Below the pieces are notes generated by a model. It was not told the DNA's origin. It saw only the letters and a program-made list of their open reading frames with translations, and searched no databases. Of a stretch of DNA of 64,000 nucleotides, positions 1 to 12,457 are shown in pieces. Both the position numbers and the translations under genes were made by a program. The stretch spans positions 11,532,001-11,596,000 of the forward strand of contig NC_134025.1 in the NCBI RefSeq assembly GCF_964204645.1, given 5' to 3'. How positions within the stretch are numbered: position 1 is the stretch's first letter; every line of letters begins with the position of its first letter. The DNA comes from Tubulanus polymorphus (Eukaryota > Animalia > Nemertea).

Positions 1-575
1 GTACTTCAAAGTGATACCGCATTTTAGCGCAGTACGAGCAAGGGTTACACGAAAGCTGCTTTCGCAGGTCTCAACAAAAGCTTAATTCATAGATACATCC
101 GCTTATTTCTTTCATGGCTAAGTTGCGAAACAAGGGCGGCTCCCGATCTCAGGCGTACTTGTTAGATAGATAGTAAGTTAGTATGTATTATTTATCTGGC
201 TTCGTATATTAACTGGAAACATCACACTAATTTGATGCCGTAAAAACCGTTACAATAATGTTTATATACATTGATAACTAGTTTGTGTTATCTAAGGGGT
301 TCTGCATTTCAAAATAACAATTACAATTGTGAATTTTGCCGTGTGTATTTTGTGATCGAATACATTTCATAACTCTTATATTAAATTTTTGATACATTCT
401 GATGATTACTTTTGAGAGAATATGCACTATTTCATCAATATATCTAGGATCGACTGGTTGCCGGTCAATTCAATTCAATTATCGATATATTCAAATTCAA
501 AATAACTTTATCGATCCTTAATAATGGATAATTCATTACTGCCGACAATATTAACCAATATTTGTTATTGTTTAA

Positions 576-848
576 CCCTTTCAGTGCTGACTTATTAATT
601 TCCTGGAGATAATTTGAAAATTTTGAAAAATTCCACCCCAGTGTGTTGAATAACGGGAATACCACTATAGTGCATCAACACCGCAGTGCGGTGTATCATT
701 AGTTGCTAATATATCACTATGTTTGACAGGAGCTGCCATTGTTCAATAGGGATAATTACTAATTATATCAATACACCGCAGTGCGGTGTACTAGCAAAAT
801 CCATCACCGATTTATACACCACACTGAGGTGTAGATGCACTGAAAGGG
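576..848. mobile_element. piggyBac-like MITE
   Basis: TTAA-CCCTTTCAGTGC...GCACTGAAAGGG-TTAA; related copies at ~16202-16440 and ~25082-25170. Confidence 0.8.
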
Positions 849-1990
849 TTAAGGCGCGAAAAAAAATTTTAAGTTGGTCGGAGTTGCTTGCACTTGCCAA
901 TAGCAACACCGGGCGCCTGACAATCATCCGTGCTAAGTCCATAGTATGCCTTTCAGCGAAAATACATACTCTTTATGTATTTTTGCTTTCAGTCATGTTG
1001 AGCGTCAGAGTCCCAGAAAGTTGCGACTTCTGTGGTGCCTGCATTTATTCTTCATGTTCAAAACGAAAGTATAAAAGCCATGTTTTGGTTTTCACGCATC
1101 CTAAGGCCTTTTTTAAATTACTCGGAGAACAGATTTTTTCAAGAATAAAGTTGGAGGGCGAAGGGGTAAAAATTATAAATGCGCTCGAAAAGGCCCCCGC
1201 ACATGAGCCGAAAACTGCGCTGCGCCATTTGCGTACGCAGTTTTCAGCTCGTGTGTGGGGCCTTTAAATTTGATCGAAAACTGAAATTGGGGGGATTTTT
1301 ACCGGGGGGGGGGGGTTTACCTACATTCGGCAGATCCGTACTCCAAGTAATTAGAGAATAAGCCTGTAAGTATGCAAATCATCCATAAGATTCAAATCTT
1401 TTAAATCGTCACATTTCTCTAGTGGGTGACTGTCTTTTGGTATCATCTATTATTTTGAATTTTTACTGTTACAAATAAAACCAAATAGGGTAAAAGATAA
1501 TATCAATGCAACAAAGGACATGTAGTTCAATGAGTGTATAGGTCTACTATATTTGTAGAAATATTCAGTTAAAAAAGCCCTGTTGCCGTTACTTTCATTG
1601 TTGATGTTCAATAGAAATGTAAGTTTTTAAGTGAAATAAGGCTTGTCCGAGCTTGTGTTTATGGCCTAGGCCTACATTACTCAATGGGGTCCGAGAGATA
1701 AACATCGCGCCATTATCGAAAGGCCCATTGGCCACCTCTATGTCCTACACCGGGCCTGACCTCATTTACCGAGGTACGCGATACAGCGCTAGATTTCTCA
1801 TTTAACGCGACCTACAGCTACAACCGCGGTCCTCTACACGTGATAATTTGATAATGAAACTGATCGTTTGTAGTCGTTAACTTTCGTGATAATTTCATAC
1901 CTGGCTTTGGCAGGAGTTTCGCTCGGTTGTACCGGCTGAAAGCGCACTAGTACTGGTAACCTGTGAATTGCGCGGGCTGATATACGAGAA

Positions 1991-2004
1991 AGTTCAATAG
2001 TTCA
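1991..2004 (+). promoter_or_regulatory. DR2 nuclear-receptor response element (RARE-type)
   Basis: AGTTCA-at-AGTTCA, two perfect RGKTCA half sites. Confidence 0.55.
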
Positions 2005-2414
2005 GATTGTTGTTGTTTACTACATGTATATGCATGATCCAACTAGTAATTGTATCGGGTCTGGCCTATACGCGCGCGTCGTAGAACCGTGCGCCTTCTA
2101 AGTTCAGCTGTGCGTATGCTCGTACCCCTGCGCGCTCTCTCTCCTCACCTCGCGCGCATGATAAGTAAATGAATAAGCCGGAATAGAATCTATTGAGAAA
2201 TCACTCTCTACGTTGGCATTCGATAGTTTTCTTAATCATTAATTATAGTGCGAGCGGCGGCGGCTGCCTATGCCTGTGACAGCGAGTCTCTTGTTCGTAA
2301 ACTTCGGACTCCGGTCAAGCGGCGCGGCGCTATTTTCGTCGAAGCTTTTCAAAACCGTTGACCATTGCGCGCACGGCTGTTGTTGCGCTGAATGAATTTC
2401 GTCTCGGCGGGTTT

Positions 2415-2431
2415 TGAACTTCGAGTGAACT
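2415..2431 (-). promoter_or_regulatory. DR5 retinoic acid response element
   Basis: + strand tgaact-tcgag-tgaact = AGTTCA-ctcga-AGTTCA on -. Confidence 0.6.
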
Positions 2432-3664
2432 TGCTCGCTGGCGCTCCGGCATTCACCAGCCTAGGCTATATCGCCAGTTCTAAAACCTGTGATAATTTTA
2501 CTACCTGATACGGACGAGAGACAACGGCATTCTCGGATAATCTATTCCGGGTTATCAATCGTTCCGCCGGTCAGAATTCGGTACTTTTTGCGCGCGAGTG
2601 GTTCGATGGATAACGACGATTGGCATAGGCTTTAATTTTCGTAAAAATTTATCGATCGGTCGACGACGCGCCGTCAGCCTGCTTGTCTGGCTGTCATTTG
2701 CTGTTGAATACTTCAATCTGTGCGTAGTTGAACAATCGGGAATAGATTCGTTATTAACATTTCACAGTTGGGATTTACGAATTCTGGTGTGATTCTAAGA
2801 AGGTAAGTACATCGGGTCGATAAGAAATTTCGAATTAATAATAAGTCATTTAGAAAATTTTTAGCGCGTATGTACAGGAAATACATGAAAAGTTTCAAAG
2901 CACTTAACAAAAATTGCCAATGTTTTATATGTGTGACTTGGGAAAATTGAAGCCTGTTACTTATATAGCCTAGATTATTATGAAGCGCGTCTTTTACGTC
3001 TTAATTTTATCGTTATGATTTTCAAACGAGGCCCTATATCATGTTTGATGATCTTTGCTAAACGGGAGTAAAGTTCGCAAAAGTCTGCGCGAGTTATTGT
3101 ACTGCGTTGGTTGATGAAGAAAAGTGAAGATATGATCGCGAGTTTAAAGATATTGTAGTTAGTTGGTTGATGAAGAGAAGTGAAGATTCTCGCATTGAAT
3201 TTCAAGGTCTAATCCCATATTATATAACGTTTCCCTTCGAAATGTAAGGGGCCATAAACTCGTTTTAATAACGATGTGTCTGAGCAGACACGCGCAATAT
3301 CCTGTTCAAGGTGAAAAACGAGAGAAATCCCATAATCGGTTTTTTCATTTTTGGCCGAATCTATTGCGAGATTTAATTATGTTTGTTCCACTATTGTTGA
3401 ATGCGATCAAAATATGAATTTACATTTTAAAGTGTTAAATATATTGATTACCACGGGAATAGTATTTAGTTTTCTATCTTTTGCTGGCCCTAAAATATCA
3501 AGCCTATTATTGTTTAGGAGATTTTCAAAGCTTTGGTCAGTTTGAATTTGAAAACACGACTGAAGTCATATCATTCTGATCGTTATAGAACCTAAGATAG
3601 CATTCTTGCGGCAATTGTTTGAAACTGCAGGATTTTGCTTAGGTCTATTTATACTTCATCTAGG

Positions 3665-3784
3665 CATGGACTCTAAAACGAAGAGGGTCCATGATCTATT
3701 CTAGGAAAGGAAGGCATAACACATTTTTGTTATGCCTTCCTTTCCTAGAATAGATCACAGGCCCTCTTCGTTTTAGAGTCCATG
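3665..3784. repeat. Near-perfect 120-bp palindrome
   Basis: catggactctaaaacgaagaggg..ctaggaaaggaaggcataaca / tgttatgccttcctttcctag..ccctcttcgttttagagtccatg. Confidence 0.9.
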
Positions 3785-4494
3785 ATCTATTCTAGGAAAA
3801 AACCAAAAAATATCTAGCTTGATTATGTTTGTAAAATTCATAATTTTGCTGAACTTTTTTCGCCGTTTATTTTTCTTGAGACGTGGAGACACTATTAAAC
3901 CTGCTCCATCTAGACCATTTGGGTTTGTTGAAATTCATGTTTCTGAAGCAATATATTTAACTTAAACATTATTGCGCGCAAGCGCACTTTGTTAACGATA
4001 TCCAAACTAGATCATTATCTGGATTAAAATAATCCGGATTTAGCGGGTTTGATGAGGATAAGGAATGCATTGTACGGCTAGGCATTATTACATTCTGCTC
4101 GATGCTCAAAAATTAGAAAGCTCAGATTTTATTCTTTATTCACGTTTAATTTCAGTTGGAAAGTGCTTGATATTTTCGAATATCAATTTTCCGGTTGATT
4201 TCTATGGCCTATAGAAATGAAAATTTTCTCGCGCATTGTGTGCGGCCGGCCCGCGCGGCCAGTGGGATTATGGTTGGTTATAAATTTGTTATAGTTGTTG
4301 TTGTTACCAGTCTGACATTCTACGTTGCAAACTATGTGCAACTGAGGTCTAGACTGACTTGTGGTCAATTCAGTGTGCCGTGCACTAGTTGAAATCGATT
4401 AACAATGCGGTTGGTCAGTGTTTATGATGTACGTGTCTAGGCCAGTGTATGTTCTACTCAATGCTCTCGGCGCATAAAGCCATTCGTTCGATAG

Positions 4495-4554
4495 ATACAA
4501 GTATTAATTTCATAAGGCGATAACATACAAGTATTAATTTCGTAAGGCGATAAC
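4495..4554. repeat. 30-bp tandem duplication
   Basis: atacaagtattaatttc(a/g)taaggcgataac x2. Confidence 0.9.
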
Positions 4555-6231
4555 ATAACGACAAAATCCTACTAACGTGTTAGTATTGAAAACCGATTAT
4601 CAGGTTTTTACAGATACAAACAAAAGCAAGTCTGAAGTTTTATACCGAGAAGAAAATCGGCCCAAGTCTGATGTAGGCCTAAGTACAAAATAGTGAAAAT
4701 GTAGAAAATATTGCATGGGCGTAGGAGTATGGTGAATGTGCAGACAATTTCGCTTTATATCGGACTGAGGCCGAAAGTCTTCTGAGGGTGTTGTTACGAG
4801 AGTAGAAACGCGCGGACTTCATACATAATCCATGATCGTGCGGAGCGGGCCCGAGTCAAATTCGGCCCATGCCTAATCGGAGAGAGTGCGTTCACATGAA
4901 AACCACTCACTCTATACTAAACAATGCTTAAACAAAGCGAAGTGAGTCACCTCCGGAACCAGTCGCAATTCACATGCAATAATTTGACCGGTGCTAAAAT
5001 GTGGCGGTGACTTGGTACTTTAGAAAACTGCATTACCTCTATGCATGATATAAATCCTGAGAAATTGTGGCTAATGGTGGCTTTCTACCGCTAAACGGGC
5101 GATTACTACTCGCATATCTCAAATTAGTTTAATTTTAATTCTATAATCATTCATTAGTATTAAGGTAATATCCTTTCCGAATGAAAATCGTCATCACGAG
5201 CTACAAAAGGACGGGTATAGTTGTTCAGTGATCATTTATTCAGTTCTCGAAGAGAGAATTTGGTTAGAGAAATTTTGATGCCCGTAATATCAGTCCGCAT
5301 GTAACTTGCATTTGCAATCTATAAGTTGGCTATTAGTCCATAGGGATCTGATGTATCGCTATATCAAATATTCAGTGTCAATGATTCCTCGTGGGGCGAT
5401 CACATTTTTATGTTTTCCTGCCTGATTGCTCGATAAAGGGTTGATATAGTGTAGAAACTATAAGCTTAAATGCGTAACTCGATTTCAAGTCCGCTTGGAC
5501 TTCGTATAAGCATGCTTTGATTTCATATATAAGCATATCGACTTATTGTGATTTCGCTTTCGAACTTGAAAATTGTCATCGCTCCGCCGTTTTGAAAAAC
5601 CAGCTTCGATGGAACGCAAATGTCACCTTCGCTTATTTTGGCGCGACGATATTGTTCTAAAAAGTAAGCGCACACGCTCGCGATCCATGAAAGCTGAAAA
5701 CTACATTTACCGCGATGATGATCATCTATTCGTTTTCCTTGTAGTCGAGGCCAGAGCCTCTCTTCAATTTACCTTTACGTGAACTTTGCGTACGTCACGA
5801 TATAAAAATAAAACTGCCCAAAAATGGCCACCGGAACGAAACCTTTAGTCGCGCAGCGAGGGGCGTTACGGCCTCGGGCGCGATATCAAAGGTATCGATC
5901 GGCGTGAAATGGTTATTATATCGTCGCATCAAAGTATGTCTCTATATTAATCTGCATTTACGGATACAAAGACAATGTAAATTCATCGCTGTTTGAGAAA
6001 TGTTAAAGTAAAATTTCATCGACGGGGCGTCGTCGTCGTGAAGCGGAACTTTGATGTAATGCGGGGAAGCGATGGAAGACGGGGAAGCGATGCCGGGTTT
6101 TTTTTTTCAAGGTTCGCGCAAACGCTCGGCTTTCGCGTTTATTTCGCGTCGCGGCTTTTAAAGCGATGGAAAATAGAAACCGATGGGTTCGCATGAATTT
6201 ACAGTAGATATCGAGCCAAGACTTTTTTCAA

Positions 6232-7300
6232 TAGGATACCGGTAATGCTTCGTTGGCACGCAAGGATTCGGCAATGATCTGCCAGGATCGCTAGTGGCGC
6301 CGGGTTACCGCACTTCAATTTCTTTCTACATTTCAATAGGGAAGTTTCCAGGCGCCATTTTGAGGCGGTCCCACAGGTCCTGCATTGTTGGACAGATTTT
6401 CACATTTTTTTAAAAATAGCATACAACGCATGCAGAAAATCGATGGTCAACCACTCACGAGCCCTTTGCGCTTGGCTCAACCAGTGGCCACGTGTTTCTA
6501 TGAAGATATTTTTGCCAATGTTGTATCAATAAAATCCTCAGATGCGTTTGGCTCAACCAGTGGCCACGCGTTTCTATGAAGATATTTTTGCCAATGTTGT
6601 ATCAATAAAATCCTCAGATAAAACTATCTTCAATGAAAAATTCATCTCAAAACATTAAAAAGTTACATTCAATAACACAAAATTACCAATCTTTTTGAAG
6701 CGCCTTCCTTAAAGTGACGTATATTTTTTAAACTGTAACTGTATCCGATTGTTGCAGCCGAGAAAAATAAAATAAACACCATCTGAAAATAGAAATTGTC
6801 ACCTTTCTAACGATGCATGACTTAAATTTTTGAAGCAAATGGGGGATGGACTACAATGAATCGCGCTAAAGGTTTTAGTTTCAAAAATGTGAAAAATCAT
6901 TCCAACAATGCGGGACCGCCTCAAAATGGCTCCTGGAAACTGGAAAATTCCCTATTGAATTCCAGTCAACTTTTCTCATGAAGTAAATCAATTCTCAGTA
7001 AAATCTATTCCATACACTGAGTGAGAAAGTGAATCTTATATCTATCAGATGACTCGTTTGATAAGATTTCATATTTGGAAGCCTAAAAAAAAGTTGAAAA
7101 TGAACTGATTTTTGCTACGAATCACATAGATGTTAGATTCATTTTCTCCACCCAGTACATGGTTGGTAAAAGATAACTCTGAAAATTGATTCACTTATTG
7201 GAAAAGTTGATTAGAATTTTATTGAAATGTAGAAGAAATTAAAGCTCAGTAACCATAAGCGAACCTAGTGGATCATTCCAGAATTCTTGCAAATGGGATC
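6232..7300. mobile_element. Foldback-type element with a nested TIR element (~6334-6957)
   Basis: Outer arms ggttaccgcacttcaatttctttctacatttcaat / attgaaatgtagaagaaattaaagctcagtaacc; uninterrupted relative at ~61171-61460. Inner TIRs caatagggaa..ccattttgaggcggtccc / gggaccgcctcaaaatgg..ttccctattg; internal 72-bp duplication 6472-6543 and 6548-6619. Confidence 0.7.
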
Positions 7301-8522
7301 CTGTAGTGTTGTCATTGCCCCATTAGACTGCAAATTCAATTAAAGTCCATTCAATTCAATTTTATTTCATTCAACAAAAAACCGTCTAACCTTATTCAAT
7401 ATTGTACCGCGTAAATCATGCAAATCATTGAGACGAAGGAAAAAACAAATTGATCCGAAGTTTTTGCCTGTCTGTGTGACTAAATCATGCGTGTACTGTG
7501 TAGATTAGATTGAAGCAGAAAGGGTATTTTCCTACAACCTACAAATTCATGAAAATCGAAAACAACAGGCTGGCCTTAGTGCCCCCGGGCCCGAAATTGA
7601 AATCTTTTGAGAAGTGAACCAAAATTACTAGTTGCAGTGAGTTTAGATTTGCCAAGAGTTGATCGAAACTGAACTCATTTTAATTACAGAGTTAACTCGC
7701 GTCAGAACTGAACTCGGTTCCACAGTTCTTGGGTTTAAATTTTAGACTGAAAAAATTCGAATTGAACACATTTTAACCCTTTGCGTCTAACTCAGGAGAC
7801 AACTACGGAGCACGAGTCCTAATACCTAAATGTTACAGAAAAATCATAACTTCAAAATTAAGGCCTCCATACTGTGTGGATAGCCTTTCGAAAACTCGAT
7901 AAATTCCATTATCTTCAGATATGAATCGACATTTATTATGTTCTTTAAGATCATAGGGTGCAATTAAACATTCACAAAATAATGCCTATGGCCATATTGT
8001 ACTCGAAATGGGTGTGGTTTCAGTTTTTGTCTTATTACTATAGAAAAATCAGCATCTTTTGTACTGAGGCTATATTGTGAAAATCTTGTTATTCTTGCGA
8101 ACAATATTTGCCGGACCTGGGGAAATATTTGATTTCAAAAATTACTGAAATCAAATGTAAAAGTTTGAATCATCTATATTTACTTACGTTGAGCTGGTCT
8201 ATTCCATAAACAAAGAAATTAAGGACACATCTTCATACAATGCTGTTATAAAACAAAACGAATATGTTTGCGTGCTTGAAAGTCTTAAAATGCGTGATGA
8301 AAATTCCTCTGACCAAACCATTGGACAAATGAAAAATATTTTTGCTATCCGGTTAAGAAAGTTTTCGAAGAATTGGTCATAGTCTATGAATGGCTCTCTG
8401 ATAGACAGACACACTAATGCGAGAAAATAGGTTACTAATGAAAGGCTACGAGGTTGATAGTGTGGAGGTATCAAAATTGGCTGTGGCTTACTTCAACTTA
8501 CTTAGGGAGGTACAACCTCCCT

Positions 8523-8900
8523 CACGATTGATAGAACACTATATCCGTGTTGACGCGATGTAGAGAGAATCCCACAATGATAAGAAAATGTCCGAAAATG
8601 TAACTTCGAGATAGTAGTTATTAACTATATCCTAATAGTCATCTTCAGGAATAATGAGATACTACAAAAATTATGAGACATATATACAATCCGGAGACAG
8701 AGACTAATTCAAGGAATCAGAGATGATACAAACTAAAGGAAAATTAACGTAGAAACAGTTACACGCTAAAATAGATTAAAGGGAAGCAAACCAAAGGGTA
8801 ATGATAAACAACAATAGTGAGTATAAATATAAATAGAAACTAAAAACTACTATCTTGAAGTTACATTTTCGGACTTTTTCTTATCATTGTGGGATTCTCT
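8523..8900. mobile_element. Insertion with ~55-bp inverted repeats and 13-bp flanking direct repeat
   Basis: IR ~8564-8618 / ~8846-8900; gtacaacctccct at 8510-8522 and 8901-8913. Confidence 0.65.
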
Positions 8901-9220
8901 GTACAACCTCCCTGTTCATAGTAGTAGCAAAACAGCGAGTGTTTACACTATCACTTAATAGACTATTCCAAATAGCTCGGAACGTGCCAAATTTGGAACC
9001 ATCCAAATGAGAGTGCACCTTGCCGAATTGGCTACAGATATTTATGACTGGCCCTGCATGATGTCGCCCTGAGTATTTTAGAATTTCCTATCTTAATGAT
9101 CGATTTATGAGTCCCTGGCCGTTATTTATTAAACGGATGTTGATGACTGCAGTTAATCATTAGCCTATATCTGGACACATCAAGCTCTGTTGGTAAATTC
9201 TAACATAGCGCCTGTAATAT

Positions 9221-9538
9221 CAGGGTCCCTACGACTCCTTGATTCCTTGTAAATTCCTTCCAAACAAAAAAATGTTTTTCAAGTTCCCTGTATATTCTTG
9301 AATTCGAGCAAAATGCCTAAAAATCCTTGAAAATGCCTTGAATTTTGAGAAATTGGCAATTAGTAAATTTTACGGTTCTAGGCCTAGTTATATACACATA
9401 GATTTCACACAGATTACACCGAATTAAATGGTTTACCGAGATAAACAGAACAGATTTAGGGGTCTACAGATATGAAAGTTGAAATTTGCTCCTTGAAAAC
9501 TCCTTGAAATCTGGAATGACCGATCTGAAGGAACCCTG
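9221..9538. mobile_element. hAT-like MITE with 5-bp TSD
   Basis: CAGGGTCCCT...AGGAACCCTG flanked by aatat/aatat; subterminal tccttg repeats. Confidence 0.7.
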
Positions 9539-10551
9539 AATATATTTTTGCTAGTAGTCAATGATCATGGCAGTGCTTCCTCATTGACGAGAGAACGCCC
9601 TGTTTATTCTTCGATCAAAAATGGAAAGTGTCGTGACACGGAAGCGTGGTTAAGCCATCTACAGAAGCTCGCAGCTCATTAATGATGGGTCTATGACAGG
9701 CGAAAAGAACAAAAATCTATTGTTTCGTAAAATAACTTTAGGCCATGTGTAGGCAAATTATACACACCCTAATCCCAATTGAACCCCCACCCTTGCATGT
9801 TCTTAATAGATTTTCATATTTCATATTTTTATAACACCTCTAACATGAGACATCCTTCCTCATAGCCTGAATGCGTGCAACTTTTCTCATGAATGTAGAA
9901 CTTAAAACTTTAAATTAGGCTATAACCCGTAGTAAAATTATAAAGTTATAATCATTATGAAATTGATTTTCGAACTATTTAATGTCAAATATACCGGATT
10001 CACGGAATATCACTTCCCATATAATATGATTATTATGCATAGTTATATGCTGGTGTAGAGGGTCACAGCTAGCTATTGCTGCCTTATTCGCTGAGTTTGC
10101 TGGATAAATGATTAGAAAATCAGGAAAATGAAATAAAATTGAGAATTGATTATTCACACAATTCACACCCCCATTTTCTGAGGTTGACGAATTATGGTAT
10201 GGCATGTTGACCCTGTTAATCGTTTGATTTTTCGATTTGGTGTCCCTTACATCGAAGTACAGATATAGTTGTGTGATCGTCAAAATTACAGAATTTTTTC
10301 TTCCAACCAGTCTGAACCGGCAAGTGACTGATTGGGATTAACTTTGTTGGCTGCCTAATTTAATACATACAGATTGTTTTGTTTTTGCCCCATGTTTGAC
10401 ATCTCGAAAGACTTCTTTTCGTTTGTTTTTTCCTTCGTTCCTTAATGATATCTTCTGAAGTTTCGCGCTAAATCATTTGTGAATTAGTGTCTGCGGAAGT
10501 TTCGGATACCGTTCTTCTTTCTGTTATTTTTAGAAAAAAAAAAAAACGTTT

Positions 10552-10563
10552 TGACCTTGACCT
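10552..10563 (-). promoter_or_regulatory. DR0 / extended half-site nuclear receptor element
   Basis: tgacct-tgacct = AGGTCAAGGTCA on -; contains TCAAGGTCA. Confidence 0.4.
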
Positions 10564-12357
10564 GATTACCAAAAATAAGCCGCAGTCTCGGGTCTTGATG
10601 GTTAAAAAAGAAAAGCGATGCGTTATTTTAGTTCATGTTTCTTCGTGTTCTCAGAAAAACCACAACCGCGCGCTAGCATTCTGCTTCCGTCATCGTCGTC
10701 GTCAGCTATCTAGGTGACCAAATTAGAATCGCGTATTATCTACTTCTGCTTCGCGCGATCGGCGGGCTGTTTTTTTTTTTTGTTCGATTGTTGTTATTGA
10801 AAGGCGCGGGGGTCGCACGAAAATAGGGCGAAAATCAAAAGCGATCGATCTATCCCGGTGCTCGTCCGTATCAGAACGCCAGATGCTGTTCAGACATTCG
10901 CGCGCTCGGACGGGATGATAATGATTGTTAATTGGTGAGTTGTTCCCCTCGAGTTTTGAAAAATCTCTGGTCAAAAATTGATGGAATATCGGATATTTAT
11001 AGTATTTCTTTTTTATTTTAGTGTTAATTATCGATTGCTAACGGGTGATTCTAGAGGTCAGGGTTCTAGTTATCTAGCATACTAAAACTTATGTCGATGG
11101 CGGCGTGCTTGATTTTGATAGCTTTGTCTGCTAACGGGGGGGGGGGGGTTCGAGCGATATGCGTGAAAGAAACTGGCAGAAAATAAAACAGTCTGGTCAC
11201 AATTTTCTATGAAATTAGATGTCTTTTGTCAAATTGGTACAAATGAATCTTGCTAAATGAACGAATAGATCATTAATTAAGTTCCATTTGAATGGTATCG
11301 TTAATGGCAGTTTTTATATATTTAATGAAAAATCGTCGAATGGAAGTAAGTGGTTTTGTGTCCGAGGCCTGGTATGAAAGACGTCGAGAAATAAATGTTT
11401 GGGCCAAACTCGGTATTTTGTATCACAATACTTTGTTAAACCGTAATTTGTAGAGACATTTACACCCGTGATGGCTGGGTGTTGAGAAAAATTGTAAACG
11501 ATCGAAATGAATATACGTATACACGTGTCACTAATGAAGATATCATCTCACATCATATTTCGGCAAAACTTGTCATCTAAGTCCGCCTACTGGATTTCGA
11601 TCCACGAAAATACGTTGCGTCATGTTTCGGCCCGAAAACTGGGGTCCTCTCCTCGTATTGCGTATATAATATTTTCGATAACAAAGTTATCAAATATTGA
11701 TAAATCGCTGGTTATCCGGCACTCTTAAAGCATGTGTCGCCGTTGGAGGACATGTCACCCTGTCGCAGCCGCTGTATACGTTGTTATGTACGGTATAATC
11801 GATTCGGTTAATGATAGCCGGCATCATCGATTGTCCACCGTCTGGCCGGACACGCGCGATATTTAAGGACATTGTTGAATCTAGATACAAGCGGCGACGG
11901 CCTGCATGCTAATTACCATGATGCGATGCCTAGTTGATCGAAGCTATATTATTCTCGACGATGATGAGTTTGAGTTCATGGTCACACAAACCGCATGTCG
12001 GTATCAGCACAACTGTGGCCGATTGTCAACTGATCGCTGTTGTCGCGCGCGGTTCCGATTTCGCAGCCATCGCTTTATGAACGATTTCACCGAGATCAGT
12101 TACTGAAGTTCGGATATTCAAAAAAAGATATTTTCACTTTTCTTAATACCGACTGGATTTAGTTTAATGATGAGATCATTAACTCATAAATGGACCGAAC
12201 ACGAAATGTATGGAAAAAGTAAATCAATTGAATTTTGAAGAGACAGGGTTTTTAGGGATCATAAGTGGGATACCTTCGTTTGGGGCATTGCGAATTAATG
12301 CCAAGCGAAATTCAAAATGATGTTTTCTTTCTCGATTTATTTTGTAGATTCTGACTG

Positions 12358-12457
12358 ATGTATATACTGTCGAGACCTCAGAGTATGAATGAGCCCCTGG
12401 CTATGTACCACACTCATGGAGAAGTACAGCGCGATAAGCTGGATGATGATGAGAAAG
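12358..12457 (+). CDS. RAR: RAR putative first coding exon ([33 protein letters not shown])
   Basis: Pyrimidine tract plus acceptor tag ending 12347, ATG 12358, donor G|gtacga; phase 1 matches the exon at 17516. No homology support. Confidence 0.6.

Larger units (their letters stand above)
1700..2802 (+). promoter_or_regulatory. Putative RAR promoter and non-coding first exon (CpG-rich)
   Basis: Visibly CpG/CGCG-rich tract in an AT-rich background, ending in the consensus donor AAG|gtaagt at 2802/2803; TSS not defined. Confidence 0.55.

Noticed and set aside
719-1267. 182-aa ORF
   Set aside because: Runs through a piggyBac-like MITE and adjacent repeat-like DNA; no recognisable domain.
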